Sequence record: PZ154895.1
Reading direction: 5' to 3' (one strand)
Length of the DNA: 64,000 nucleotides
Source of the DNA: a phage
In this document: positions 28,741 through 38,184 of the stretch, in pieces
Numbering within the stretch: position 1 is the first letter of the stretch
How the letters are laid out: each line of letters starts with the position of its first letter
Position numbers and translations under genes: made by a program
Notes under the pieces: generated by a model
Told to the model about the DNA's origin: nothing
The model's input: the letters and a program-made list of their open reading frames with translations, nothing else
Databases searched by the model: none

Positions 28741-30168
28741 GTGGTAGAAATTATTCTTTCTCATCTCATATTTGATCAAGCTTATTTTTCAAAAGTTTGG
28801 CCATATATGGATTCAGAATATTTTGAAAGTGGTCCAGCTAAAAATACATTCAAATTAATTAAATCTCATGTTAATGAATACCATAGCGTTCCATCTATTA
28901 ATGCGTTAAATGTTGCATTAGAAAATAGTTCATTTACTGAAACAGAATATTCTGGTGTAAAAACACTTATTTCAAAACTGGCCGATTCTCCGGAAGACCA
29001 TAGCTGGTTAGTAAAAGAAACAGAAAAATATATTCAGCAAAGGGCGATGTTTAACGCCACATCTAAAATAATTGAAATTCAAACTAATGCTGAGCTTCCT
29101 CCGGAAAAACGAAATAAGAAAATGCCAGATGTAGGTGCTATTCCTGACATCATGCGCCAAGCATTATCAATTTCATTTGATAGCTACGTTGGTCATGATT
29201 GGATGGATGACTACGAAGCACGTTGGCTATCTTATATGAATAAAGCTCGTAAGGTTCCATTTAAACTCAAAATTCTAAATAAAATTACTAAAGGCGGAGC
29301 TGAGACTGGAACACTGAACGTTTTAATGGCTGGTGTTAACGTTGGTAAGTCATTAGGATTGTGTTCATTGGCAGCAGATTATTTGCAGCTCGGACACAAT
29401 GTTCTTTACATTTCCATGGAAATGGCAGAAGAAGTCTGCGCTAAGCGTATTGACGCTAACATGCTCGATGTTTCTCTTGATGACATTGATGATGGGCATA
29501 TTTCTTACGCTGAATATAAAGGAAAAATGGAAAAATGGCGTGAGAAATCTACTCTTGGACGTTTAATCGTTAAACAGTATCCTACTGGTGGAGCAGACGC
29601 TAATACATTTCGGTCGCTTTTAAATGAATTAAAGCTCAAGAAGAATTTTGTTCCAACAATCATTATTGTTGACTATCTGGGTATTTGTAAATCTTGCCGC
29701 ATTAGAGTTTATTCAGAAAATAGTTACACAACTGTTAAAGCCATCGCAGAAGAATTGCGTGCTCTGGCTGTTGAAACCGAAACTGTTCTTTGGACTGCAG
29801 CACAGGTTGGTAAGCAAGCTTGGGATTCTTCTGATGTTAACATGAGCGATATTGCAGAATCTGCCGGTCTTCCAGCAACAGCCGATTTTATGCTTGCGGT
29901 CATTGAAACCGAGGAGTTAGCAGCTGCTGAACAACAACTCATTAAGCAAATCAAATCACGATACGGTGATAAGAATAAATGGAATAAGTTTTTGATGGGT
30001 GTTCAAAAAGGAAATCAGAAATGGGTAGAAATTGAACAAGATTCTACTCCAACTGAAGTGAACGAAGTAGCAGGTTCACAGCAGATTCAGGCTGAACAGA
30101 ATCGCTATCAAAGAAACGAATCCGCTCGAGCTCAGTTAGATGCTTTGGCAAATGAATTAAAATTTTAG
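28741..30168 (+). CDS. 41: replicative DNA helicase gp41 (DnaB-like)
   Basis: 475 aa; near-identical to T4 gp41; GTG start after AAGGAG; Walker A GVNVGKS. Confidence 0.95.
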   Translation: MVEIILSHLIFDQAYFSKVWPYMDSEYFESGPAKNTFKLIKSHVNEYHSVPSINALNVALENSSFTETEYSGVKTLISKLADSPEDHSWLVKETEKYIQQRAMFNATSKIIEIQTNAELPPEKRNKKMPDVGAIPDIMRQALSISFDSYVGHDWMDDYEARWLSYMNKARKVPFKLKILNKITKGGAETGTLNVLMAGVNVGKSLGLCSLAADYLQLGHNVLYISMEMAEEVCAKRIDANMLDVSLDDIDDGHISYAEYKGKMEKWREKSTLGRLIVKQYPTGGADANTFRSLLNELKLKKNFVPTIIIVDYLGICKSCRIRVYSENSYTTVKAIAEELRALAVETETVLWTAAQVGKQAWDSSDVNMSDIAESAGLPATADFMLAVIETEELAAAEQQLIKQIKSRYGDKNKWNKFLMGVQKGNQKWVEIEQDSTPTEVNEVAGSQQIQAEQNRYQRNESARAQLDALANELKF

Positions 30169-30204
30169 TTTACAAGCCGACAAGACTATGGTATAGTAGT
30201 CTTG
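30168..30204 (+). promoter_or_regulatory. early promoter with stem-loop around -10 (PeSL-like)
   Basis: GTTTAC 30168-30173, TATAGT 30192-30197, inverted repeat CAAGACT/AGTCTTG flanking the -10. Confidence 0.55.
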
Positions 30205-30226
30205 TTGGTTAAATGAGGAGATTTTT

Positions 30227-30409
30227 ATGGAATTGGTAAAGGTAGTTTTTATGGGGTGGTTTAAGAATGAAAGCATGTTTACTAAAGAAATCACAATGAT
30301 GAAAGATGACGTTCAATGGGCTACTACTCAATATGCTGAAGTTAATAAAGCGCTAGTTAAAGCTTTCATTGATGACAAGAAAGTATGCGAAGTGGATTGC
30401 CGAGGATAA
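30227..30409 (+). CDS. dmd: Dmd-like protein (60 aa)
   Basis: Size and position (first gene after 41) as T4 dmd; GAGGAG SD. Confidence 0.6.
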   Translation: MELVKVVFMGWFKNESMFTKEITMMKDDVQWATTQYAEVNKALVKAFIDDKKVCEVDCRG

Positions 30410-30410
30410 T

Positions 30411-30668
30411 ATGCATATTGTTTTATTTAAACCTACTCCGTATAACGTCAGGAAAAATACTCAATTCAAAGCACTTATCGCAGATACGTGGGAATTGGTA
30501 TTAGATATTCCAGCAGAAGAAAGCCCTCCATTTGGTCGAGTGGAATTTATTAAGTTTGCTGTGCGCCCTACGAAGCGACAGATTCGTCAATGCAAAAGAT
30601 ACTTTCGTAAAATCGTCAAGTTAGAGAAACAGTTTGTAACATGTGATTATACAGAAGTTTTAAAATAG
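30411..30668 (+). CDS. hypothetical protein
   Basis: ORF track 30369..30668; ATG at 30411 after GAGGA, immediately after dmd stop. Confidence 0.45.
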   Translation: MHIVLFKPTPYNVRKNTQFKALIADTWELVLDIPAEESPPFGRVEFIKFAVRPTKRQIRQCKRYFRKIVKLEKQFVTCDYTEVLK

Positions 30669-30670
30669 TA

Positions 30671-30712
30671 GTTTACAAGCTGATAGAGTTGTGTTATAGT
30701 AATTCTATCAGC
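30671..30712 (+). promoter_or_regulatory. early promoter with stem-loop around -10 (PeSL-like)
   Basis: GTTTAC, TATAGT, inverted repeat GCTGATAGA/TCTATCAGC. Confidence 0.55.
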
Positions 30713-30731
30713 TAATCGCGGAGAAAAGAAA

Positions 30732-30986
30732 ATGATGCTAGTTAATAGAGAATATCAGTTTAAATCAGAAGAAGATTTGGAAAAATTCGCGAGTGGTTGT
30801 GAACTGAATAGACGCACAGCTAAAGTCATAGGATTAAAACCCTTTACAGTTCTAGATTGTGAAGTTTCTAAATTCCGCAGAGGGTGTTCTATTAGCAGTC
30901 ATGCTCTGGTTGATGGGAACACATTTTTCTTTGTTTTTAGCGTCAGAGAACTTTTATTGATTAACGAACTTGAGGAAATAAAATAG
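30732..30986 (+). CDS. hypothetical protein (84 aa)
   Basis: ORF track; promoter/stem-loop upstream. Confidence 0.45.
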   Translation: MMLVNREYQFKSEEDLEKFASGCELNRRTAKVIGLKPFTVLDCEVSKFRRGCSISSHALVDGNTFFFVFSVRELLLINELEEIK

Positions 30987-31040
30987 TTTACTTTTGTTTT
31001 AAACATGTTATTATAGACCTATCAAAACAAACGAGTAAAT
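30986..31040 (+). promoter_or_regulatory. early promoter with flanking inverted repeat (PeSL-like)
   Basis: GTTTAC, TATTAT, TTTTGTTTT/AAAACAAA inverted repeat. Confidence 0.5.
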
Positions 31041-31050
31041 GGAGAATAAA

Positions 31051-31230
31051 ATGTCTAAAGTATCAGGTTATCAATTATTAACACAAGAACAACGTTCAGA
31101 GATGGATTCTTTACAAGAACGGTGTCAGCATAGAAATAACGCACTTGATTCATTTTTATTAATTGAATATGAAAACTTGTGCTCTAGACTTGAAAAAGAA
31201 TATGTTCATCAACATGGAGGAGAAGAATGA
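31051..31230 (+). CDS. hypothetical protein
   Basis: ORF track 31039..31230; ATG at 31051 has GGAG SD. Confidence 0.4.
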   Translation: MSKVSGYQLLTQEQRSEMDSLQERCQHRNNALDSFLLIEYENLCSRLEKEYVHQHGGEE

Positions 31231-31333
31231 AACTGAAATCACCAATTATTGTAATTTGTCTGTTTGCTTCTACTAGTGTTTACTTTTGTTGAAAATTGAG
31301 ATACTATAAACATAAACTACTGAGGAGATTATC

Positions 31334-31627
31334 ATGAAAAAATTTATCTTTGCTGCAATTTTTGCTTTATCTTCTTGCGCTGCTCAGCCTACTATGGCAG
31401 GCTATGATAAAGATTTGTGTGAGTGGTCTATGACTGCAGATCAGACTGAAGTTGAAACTCAAATTGAAGCCGATATTATGAATATCGTTGAGCGTGATCG
31501 TCCTGAAATGAAAGCTGAAGTGCAAAAACAACTTAAGTCTGGTGGTGTAATGCAGTATAATTATGTTCTGTATTGCGATAAAAACTTTAATAATAAAAAT
31601 ATCATCGCTGAAGTGGTAGGTGAGTAA
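31334..31627 (+). CDS. sp: periplasmic protein with signal peptide, Sp (spackle)-like
   Basis: 97 aa; cleavable signal peptide; position in 61.x cluster. Confidence 0.6.
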   Translation: MKKFIFAAIFALSSCAAQPTMAGYDKDLCEWSMTADQTEVETQIEADIMNIVERDRPEMKAEVQKQLKSGGVMQYNYVLYCDKNFNNKNIIAEVVGE

Positions 31628-31639
31628 ATAGAGGTTAGT

Positions 31640-31996
31640 ATGTATAGTTCTGAATTTTCATATTTAAAAATGGAAAAAATTTCATACGATTTCATAGATG
31701 AAAAGATTTATTACAGTTTCCATGAACCACGTTTTAATAGTGAAGTTGGGTTTATTGTAGTAAAAGACAATTTCATTTTAAAAATATATTCGGCATTAAA
31801 GGATTTTCACTACGAAAATATTAACCTAAAATTTGATAAAGAAAACGTTCGTAATTGCGCAGTAACAATTACAGGAAATAAAGGTACATGCGTTATGCTA
31901 TCTGATGAAATTAATGATTTGTTAAATGATGCCGAAAAGGTTGCTATTCCATCGATTGATGACCAAATTTTTAATGCTTTTATGAATAGAGGTTAA
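31640..31996 (+). CDS. hypothetical protein (118 aa)
   Basis: ORF track. Confidence 0.5.
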   Translation: MYSSEFSYLKMEKISYDFIDEKIYYSFHEPRFNSEVGFIVVKDNFILKIYSALKDFHYENINLKFDKENVRNCAVTITGNKGTCVMLSDEINDLLNDAEKVAIPSIDDQIFNAFMNRG

Positions 31997-31997
31997 T

Positions 31998-32162
31998 ATG
32001 AAAACATATAAAGAATTTATCAAAGAAGATATGGTAGCTGGAGATTCGGGTGGTAATCCTGAAAATATCTCTACTGGAACAACGTCAGGCGCTGTAGTAA
32101 ATAAAGGTCCTGAACAGATTCCTAAAAAGAAAAAAGAGGAATCTAAAGAAAAAGAAGAGTAA
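31998..32162 (+). CDS. small charged protein (54 aa), below ORF-track cut-off
   Basis: ATG 1 nt after upstream stop; stop 2 nt before gene 61 ATG. Confidence 0.3.
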   Translation: MKTYKEFIKEDMVAGDSGGNPENISTGTTSGAVVNKGPEQIPKKKKEESKEKEE

Positions 32163-32164
32163 AA

Positions 32165-33193
32165 ATGTCATCAATACCTTGGATTGATAATGAGTTTGCA
32201 TATCGTGCATTAGCTCATTTACCTAAATTCACACAAGTAAATAATAGTTCAACTTTTAAATTACGGTTTAGATGCCCTGTTTGTGGAGATTCAAAAACCG
32301 ACCAAAATAAAGCCCGTGGATGGTATTATGGCGATAATAATGAAGGAAATATTCATTGTTATAACTGCAACTATCATGCACCAATCGGAATATATTTAAA
32401 GGAGTTTGAACCCGATTTATATCGTGAGTATATCTTTGAAATAAGAAAAGAAAAAGGTAAAAGTCGTCCAGTAGAAAAACCTAAAGAACTTCCTAAACAA
32501 CCTGAGAAGAAAATAATTAAATCTCTTCCGTCATGCATTAGATTAGATAAATTGGCGGAAGACCATCCAATTATAAAATATGTAAAAGCTCGCTGTATTC
32601 CAAAGGATAAATGGAAATATCTTTGGTTTACAACCGAATGGCCTAAATTAGTTAATAGCATAGCACCAGGAACATACAAAAAGGAAATACCTGAGCCTCG
32701 TCTTGTTATTCCAATTTATAATGCTAATGGAAAAGCTGAGTCTTTTCAAGGACGTGCATTAAAGAAAGATGCTCCTCAAAAATATATCACCATCAAAGCT
32801 TATCCTGAAGCAACAAAAATCTATGGCGTTGAACGAGTTAAAGATGGTGATGTATATGTTCTAGAAGGACCTATAGATTCACTTTTTATTGAAAATGGTA
32901 TAGCTATTACGGGCGGTCAATTAGACCTAGAAATTGTTCCATTTAAAGATAGACGTGTGTGGGTTTTGGATAATGAACCTCGTCATCCTGACACTATTAA
33001 ACGAATGACTAAATTAGTTGATGCAGGAGAAAGGGTTATGTTTTGGGACAAATCTCCCTGGAAATCAAAAGATGTTAATGATATGATTAGAAAGGAAGGT
33101 GCAACCCCTGAACAAATTATGGAATATATGAAAAATAATATTGCCCAGGGGTTGATGGCTAAAATGCGGCTATCTAAATATGCTAAGATTTAA
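32165..33193 (+). CDS. 61: DNA primase gp61
   Basis: 342 aa; near-identical to T4 gp61; zinc ribbon CPVCGD...CYNC; TOPRIM region. Confidence 0.95.
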   Translation: MSSIPWIDNEFAYRALAHLPKFTQVNNSSTFKLRFRCPVCGDSKTDQNKARGWYYGDNNEGNIHCYNCNYHAPIGIYLKEFEPDLYREYIFEIRKEKGKSRPVEKPKELPKQPEKKIIKSLPSCIRLDKLAEDHPIIKYVKARCIPKDKWKYLWFTTEWPKLVNSIAPGTYKKEIPEPRLVIPIYNANGKAESFQGRALKKDAPQKYITIKAYPEATKIYGVERVKDGDVYVLEGPIDSLFIENGIAITGGQLDLEIVPFKDRRVWVLDNEPRHPDTIKRMTKLVDAGERVMFWDKSPWKSKDVNDMIRKEGATPEQIMEYMKNNIAQGLMAKMRLSKYAKI

Positions 33194-33390
33194 ATTAACC
33201 CAACTAAAGCAAATGCTAAATCTACGAATGTATCAAGAGTAATTACTGGAATATTAACACCATGAGCAATAGCAATTGGTGATAAAACAAAATTCCAAAG
33301 TAAAATTCCTACCATAGCAGAAATAGTAAAAGCTATACGTTTTTTATTACCTTTTATGGCATTAACAAGTGCCATTAATTTTTGTACCAT
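33190..33390 (-). CDS. small membrane protein on opposite strand (66 aa)
   Basis: ORF track; strong AGGAGG SD on minus strand; two hydrophobic segments; stop overlaps gene 61 stop. Confidence 0.45.
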   Translation of the reverse strand: MVQKLMALVNAIKGNKKRIAFTISAMVGILLWNFVLSPIAIAHGVNIPVITLDTFVDLAFALVGLI

Positions 33391-33461
33391 ATGTCCTCCT
33401 TATTGCTTTATATATTTATTGTATAATTAATCTACTAACCCATGAATTGAAAGGAAAAATA

Positions 33462-33980
33462 ATGGCATACTTTAATGAATGTTCACAACTGATCGAAGGC
33501 GCTGATAAAGCTCAAAATGAATACTGGGATATTCTCGGTGATGAAAAAGACCCACTACAGGTTATGCTTGATATGCAGAAATCTTTGCAGGTTCGTTTAG
33601 CTAAAGATAAACCTGAATATAACCGTCATCCTGATGATTTGGCTACTGCAGGCGAAGTTGTTGATTGGCTGCGTAATCAAAAAGATTATATTGACGATGA
33701 ATTCCGTGAACTTCTGACTTCTCTTGGCGGCATGAGCAATGGTGAAAAAGATGCATCTGCTGTATGGAAGCCTTGGAAAGCTCAACATGGTGAACGCCGT
33801 GAAACTCTAATTACTGATTTGTCTCCGCAAGATCAGTTGGAAATTAAATTCGAAATGATTGATATTCTTCATTTCGTTCTGAACATGTTCCAAGGTCTTG
33901 GTCTTACGGCTGAAGAAATCTTTAAACTTTATTATCTGAAAAATGCTGAAAACTTCGCTCGTCAAGACCGAGGTTATTGA
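33462..33980 (+). CDS. 56: dCTPase/dUTPase gp56
   Basis: ORF track 33369..33980; internal ATG at 33462 gives MAYFNECSQLIEG... as in T4 gp56. Confidence 0.9.
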   Translation: MAYFNECSQLIEGADKAQNEYWDILGDEKDPLQVMLDMQKSLQVRLAKDKPEYNRHPDDLATAGEVVDWLRNQKDYIDDEFRELLTSLGGMSNGEKDASAVWKPWKAQHGERRETLITDLSPQDQLEIKFEMIDILHFVLNMFQGLGLTAEEIFKLYYLKNAENFARQDRGY

Positions 33981-34180
33981 TGGCTCGTTTAAATAAACGC
34001 CAGCTTAAGAAAGCCCGCAAGAAACGTATTGACCAGCTATTTAAAAATTATGATAAGGAGCTCGTATGTGAGCTCTTATCTAATCAGCTCCGCAAAGCTC
34101 ACACAATTAAAACTGGACATATACCAGGTAAGTGGGTGCATGAAGAAGCCTTAAAATTAATTATAGAGCATTCAAAATGA
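33980..34180 (+). CDS. hypothetical basic protein
   Basis: ORF track 33977..34180 (TTG); ATG at 33980. Confidence 0.4.
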   Translation: MARLNKRQLKKARKKRIDQLFKNYDKELVCELLSNQLRKAHTIKTGHIPGKWVHEEALKLIIEHSK

Positions 34181-34386
34181 AATTTGATTTTTATGCATGG
34201 CAAAAAGCCGGTAGACCTGCTAGTCGAGCATTTGGTTCTGATGGATATAATATTAGAGCCCATTGGAAGTTTAATGCTCCAGCCGATTATTCTCCGGTAA
34301 TTATTAATGGTGATGTTGTTATATTAACTAAAATTGGATATTTTAACGTTCCGCGAGAATTTATTATAAATAATCATGTAATTTAA
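34177..34386 (+). CDS. hypothetical protein (69 aa)
   Basis: ORF track; ATGA overlap. Confidence 0.4.
   Translation: MKFDFYAWQKAGRPASRAFGSDGYNIRAHWKFNAPADYSPVIINGDVVILTKIGYFNVPREFIINNHVI
34365..34372 (+). promoter_or_regulatory. late promoter TATAAATA upstream of soc
   Basis: TATAAATA about 30 nt upstream of soc ATG (approx.). Confidence 0.5.
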
Positions 34387-34402
34387 ATAAAAGGAGAATT
34401 AC

Positions 34403-34648
34403 ATGGCTAGTACTCGCGGTTATGTTAATATCAAAACGTTTGAGCAGAAATTAGATGGAAATAAGAAAATTGAAGGAAAGGAAATTTCTGTAGCTTTCCC
34501 TCTTTATTCTGATGTTCACAAAATTTCTGGCGCTCATTACCAGACATTCCCTTCAGAAAAAGCAGCATATTCTACAGTATATGAAGAAAATCAACGTACT
34601 GAATGGATTACTGCAAACGAAGATTTGTGGAAAGTAACTGGTGAATAA
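34403..34648 (+). CDS. soc: small outer capsid protein Soc
   Basis: 81 aa; near-identical to T4 Soc; AAGGAG SD; TATAAATA upstream; terminator downstream. Confidence 0.9.
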   Translation: MASTRGYVNIKTFEQKLDGNKKIEGKEISVAFPLYSDVHKISGAHYQTFPSEKAAYSTVYEENQRTEWITANEDLWKVTGE

Positions 34649-34654
34649 ATTCAA

Positions 34655-34680
34655 GGACTCCTCCGGGAGTCCTTTTTTCA
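34655..34680 (+). terminator. rho-independent terminator after soc
   Basis: GGACTCC-TCCG-GGAGTCC + TTTTTT. Confidence 0.75.
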
Positions 34681-34688
34681 TTTTACTG

Positions 34689-34718
34689 GTTTACTTTCCA
34701 AAATGAGTATGGTATAAT
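34689..34718 (+). promoter_or_regulatory. early promoter
   Basis: GTTTAC, 18-nt spacer, TGgTATAAT. Confidence 0.55.
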
Positions 34719-34744
34719 AGAATTATCTTATAGAGGAGAGCACT

Positions 34745-34951
34745 ATGTTAAATCGTTGGATTAAACCAAATGAAGATTTAGATATTATCATTTCACGGCA
34801 TGTAATGAAGAAATATGAACTGCAGCCATGGTCTACAGAAGTTGTTGTGCATTCATTTATGATGTACGCAGATGGTTCTGTCGAATTTAATGCAGAGATT
34901 CGATATGATTATGGCGAGAAGCAAGTTGAATTCAAGAGAGGCTTTTTGTAA
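34745..34951 (+). CDS. hypothetical protein (68 aa)
   Basis: ORF track; early promoter upstream. Confidence 0.45.
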   Translation: MLNRWIKPNEDLDIIISRHVMKKYELQPWSTEVVVHSFMMYADGSVEFNAEIRYDYGEKQVEFKRGFL

Positions 34952-35292
34952 TGTTTATCTTTAATTGGTTTAAAAGCTTCTTTACAGATTTTTTCTCTAC
35001 AACTCCTGGAGAAGGTGTAGTTCCTATTTCAAACGACTACCTTCCTTTAACTGTAGTTGAATATGTTTATATGGGAGATGGAACAGTAGAAGCAGTTACT
35101 ATGACTTATGAAGAAGCCCAAGAATATTATAAAAATCCTTGGCGCTGGTCAACACCTACTACATCATCTAATACGCAGAATACACAGTCTAGTTCTGATT
35201 CATATGACACTAATGTTCCTGTTCATGTATGGACGGGCGATTCGTGTGGAAGTTCTTGCGATTCTAGTTGTTCATCTACATCTTGTGATTGA
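34951..35292 (+). CDS. hypothetical protein with Ser/Cys-rich C-terminal tail
   Basis: ORF track; tail ...[18 protein letters not shown]. Confidence 0.45.
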   Translation: MFIFNWFKSFFTDFFSTTPGEGVVPISNDYLPLTVVEYVYMGDGTVEAVTMTYEEAQEYYKNPWRWSTPTTSSNTQNTQSSSDSYDTNVPVHVWTGDSCGSSCDSSCSSTSCD

Positions 35293-35300
35293 GGAAAATT

Positions 35301-35786
35301 ATGGAAGCGATTTTGTTTGAAATGTATATTAGCAGTGATAGCATGGCGTTTGCTAAAGATATTCCAATTACAGTAGCAGTAATGATTGATAAAAGATATG
35401 ATAATAACATGTATCTAGTAGAAGATTTTATTTCAATGCCAGTTCCAGAAGATGTTGAAATAAAACTTAAAAAGATCGGAATTATTGAAACTGTACGAAA
35501 TTCTCCATTTATGTCAATTCAAGCATTTACTAAATCTAACTATATTGATGTTGCTGAATCATATTATAACAATAAACCATTGCCATTATATTCATATGAT
35601 TCAATATATGACTGGAAAATAGATAAGGGAAATAAATTTATAATTACAGAAGAAAATGCACTATCATATTTTATTACCTCTTTATGGAATAATTTAAATC
35701 CAAATTTACTCAAAATTCATAAATTTGACGATGCTCCTACTGTTGTTTTAGGTAAAACAAATGAAAGTTCTGAAGAAAATGCTTGA
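35301..35786 (+). CDS. hypothetical protein
   Basis: ORF track 35289..35786 (TTG); ATG at 35301 after GAGGA. Confidence 0.5.
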   Translation: MEAILFEMYISSDSMAFAKDIPITVAVMIDKRYDNNMYLVEDFISMPVPEDVEIKLKKIGIIETVRNSPFMSIQAFTKSNYIDVAESYYNNKPLPLYSYDSIYDWKIDKGNKFIITEENALSYFITSLWNNLNPNLLKIHKFDDAPTVVLGKTNESSEENA

Positions 35787-35964
35787 ATGGTTCAGTAGAC
35801 CAAACTCAATGTACATTGACGATGGTTGGGTTGAACAAGCAAATAAAGAAATGCAGAACGAATCAGAAGAATGGATGAAATCAATGATTAGCGTTGAGAA
35901 AGAAAAGAAATTAGAACGCTCAGCGCTTAAATTGATGAGAGACATCTATGGGGATAAATCATGA
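35761..35964 (+). CDS. hypothetical protein (67 aa)
   Basis: ORF track; overlaps upstream gene; start uncertain. Confidence 0.35.
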   Translation: MKVLKKMLEWFSRPNSMYIDDGWVEQANKEMQNESEEWMKSMISVEKEKKLERSALKLMRDIYGDKS

Positions 35965-36125
35965 ACAAAGATATAACGTTAGAAGAGGCTAAAGCTAAAG
36001 CAAATGAAGCATTGGATTTGCTTCTTAAAATTGGCAGTAAAATGATGGAAGAAAATGAGAAATATATCCAGGAAAACAAAATTCCTGACGGCCCATTAGT
36101 AGGCAAGAGGAAATCACATGATTGA
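35961..36125 (+). CDS. small protein (54 aa), below ORF-track cut-off
   Basis: ATGA overlap with upstream stop; ends overlapping next start. Confidence 0.3.
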   Translation: MNKDITLEEAKAKANEALDLLLKIGSKMMEENEKYIQENKIPDGPLVGKRKSHD

Positions 36126-36588
36126 AGTAGCAAAACATTATTCAATAGAATTTATGTCTAAAGAAGGTAAATCAGTAAATACACTTGATAAAAAGTGCTC
36201 ATTAATTATTCCTTTAGCAGAAAATCCGGATATTTTAATTAAAGATATAAAAGAAAGAAAATATCCAGAAAATGTTATTCTAATTATAAAGCATACTGAA
36301 GATATTTTGCAGAATACTGATTCACCATTTTCTTCTTCTGAAGCTTTAACTATTAAAGGCTATAAAAGAGCTCATGAATATGGTCTTTTTGACCTGTTTG
36401 AAGACGATAAAGTTAAATTAGCGAGTCAACCTTCTAAAAGTAAAACATTCATTATTGAAGATATTAAAGATATAAATGCATTTGTTAAGATGGTCTGGGC
36501 TCATTTTGATGTTGGACTGCGCTGGAGAATGTCCGAAGAAGAAAGAAAAATTATTGAAGCTAATCGTTATTTTGGTTTTTATCGCTAG
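36118..36588 (+). CDS. hypothetical protein (156 aa)
   Basis: ORF track. Confidence 0.5.
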   Translation: MIEVAKHYSIEFMSKEGKSVNTLDKKCSLIIPLAENPDILIKDIKERKYPENVILIIKHTEDILQNTDSPFSSSEALTIKGYKRAHEYGLFDLFEDDKVKLASQPSKSKTFIIEDIKDINAFVKMVWAHFDVGLRWRMSEEERKIIEANRYFGFYR

Positions 36589-36596
36589 GAATTAAT

Positions 36597-36779
36597 ATGG
36601 ATTTATTTGAGATGTTAGAAGATAATCATTCTACGAATATCCAGAATGATTCTAGTGATTATAAGAAAGAGTACCGTATAGTATTACAGAATTATGGAAT
36701 TGAAGCCCCAGATGCTCTTCTAGAAGAACTAGCTTCATACCATCTTGACCCTCCGCCCTGGGCTCCCTGGGCAAAATAA
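36597..36779 (+). CDS. hypothetical acidic protein (60 aa)
   Basis: ORF track. Confidence 0.4.
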   Translation: MDLFEMLEDNHSTNIQNDSSDYKKEYRIVLQNYGIEAPDALLEELASYHLDPPPWAPWAK

Positions 36780-36790
36780 TTCACAAAGTT

Positions 36791-36820
36791 GTTTACTTTC
36801 CTTCCTAACAATGATATGAT
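36791..36820 (+). promoter_or_regulatory. early promoter upstream of modB
   Basis: GTTTAC, 18-nt spacer, TATGAT. Confidence 0.45.
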
Positions 36821-36846
36821 AGCTTCTGAAGTATATGGAGGCTATC

Positions 36847-37470
36847 ATGATTATTAATCTTGCAGATGTTGAACAATTATCTATAAAAGCTGAAAGCGTT
36901 GATTTTCAATATGATATGTATAAAAAAGTCTGTGAAAAATTTACTGACTTTGAACAGTCAGTTCTTTGGCAATGTATGGAAGCCAAAAAGAATGAAGCTC
37001 TTCATCGGCAGTTGAATAAAATCGTTAAAAAGCATTTAACTAAATCGCCTTATCAGTTATATCGTGGTATATCAAAATCGACAAAAGAACTCATTAAAGA
37101 TTTACAAGTTGGAGAAGTGTTTTCAACGAACAGAGTAGATTCATTTACTACTAGTTTGCATACAGCGTGTTCTTTTTCTTATGCTGAATATTTCACTGAA
37201 ACAATACTTCGCTTAAAAACTGATAAAGCTTTTAATTACTCTGACCATATCAGCGATATTATACTTTCTTCTCCTAATACTGAGTTTAAGTATACATATG
37301 AAGATACTGATGGATTAGATTCAGAACGTACTGATAACTTAATGATGATTGTGCGTGAACAAGAATGGATGATTCCAATTGGAAAGTATAAAATAACTTC
37401 TATTTCAAAAGAAAAATTACACGATTCATTTGGAACATTTAAAGTGTATGATATTGAGGTAGTTGAATGA
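36847..37470 (+). CDS. modB: ADP-ribosyltransferase ModB-like
   Basis: ORF track 36835..37470; ATG at 36847 after GGAGG gives 207 aa; R (LYRGI), S-x-S (TTSLH) and EQEWMIP motifs. Confidence 0.8.
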   Translation: MIINLADVEQLSIKAESVDFQYDMYKKVCEKFTDFEQSVLWQCMEAKKNEALHRQLNKIVKKHLTKSPYQLYRGISKSTKELIKDLQVGEVFSTNRVDSFTTSLHTACSFSYAEYFTETILRLKTDKAFNYSDHISDIILSSPNTEFKYTYEDTDGLDSERTDNLMMIVREQEWMIPIGKYKITSISKEKLHDSFGTFKVYDIEVVE

Positions 37471-38069
37471 AATATTCAGCAATGCAATTAAAAGATTTTA
37501 AAATCAAATCAATGGATGCATCGGTGCGTGCTTCTATTCGTGAAGAATTACTTTCTGAAGGATTTAATTTATCTGAAATTGAACTTTTAATTCATTGTAT
37601 TACTAATAAGCCAGACGATCATTCTTGGTTAAATGAAATAATCAAATCTCGTTTGGTTCCAAACGATAAACCTCTTTGGAGAGGTGTTCCAGTTGAGACT
37701 AAGCAGGCGTTAAATCAAGGAATTGATATTATTACATTTGATAAAGTAGTATCAGCTTCATATGATAAAAATATAGCTCTACATTTTGCTTCTGGATTAG
37801 AATACAATACGCAAGTTATTTTTGAATTCAAAGCTCCTATGGTATTTAATTTTCAGGAGTATGCTATAAAAGCTCTACGTTGTAAAGAATATAGTCCGAG
37901 TTTTAAATTTCCGGATAGCCATCGTTATCGTAATATGGAATTAGTTTCAGATGAACAGGAAGTAATGATACCAGCTGGAAGTGTATTTAGAATTGCGGAT
38001 AGATATGAGTATAAAAAGTATTCAACATACACTATCTATACTCTTGACTTTGAAGGATTTAATCTATAA
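37467..38069 (+). CDS. modA: ADP-ribosyltransferase ModA-like
   Basis: 200 aa; R (LWRGV), S-x-S (SASYD), EQEVMIP; tandem paralogue of upstream gene. Confidence 0.8.
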   Translation: MKYSAMQLKDFKIKSMDASVRASIREELLSEGFNLSEIELLIHCITNKPDDHSWLNEIIKSRLVPNDKPLWRGVPVETKQALNQGIDIITFDKVVSASYDKNIALHFASGLEYNTQVIFEFKAPMVFNFQEYAIKALRCKEYSPSFKFPDSHRYRNMELVSDEQEVMIPAGSVFRIADRYEYKKYSTYTIYTLDFEGFNL

Positions 38070-38125
38070 TGGAAGGACTTAGATTCATTATACCATGAAA
38101 GTTTTAAAGCATTTTTCATAAAGTT

Positions 38126-38155
38126 GTTTACAAGCTAAAGTAAAAATGATATAGT
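38126..38155 (+). promoter_or_regulatory. early promoter upstream of srd
   Basis: GTTTAC, 18-nt spacer, TATAGT. Confidence 0.45.
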
Positions 38156-38184
38156 ATAAGTAGTTAACCGTCCGTGAGAAAAAT

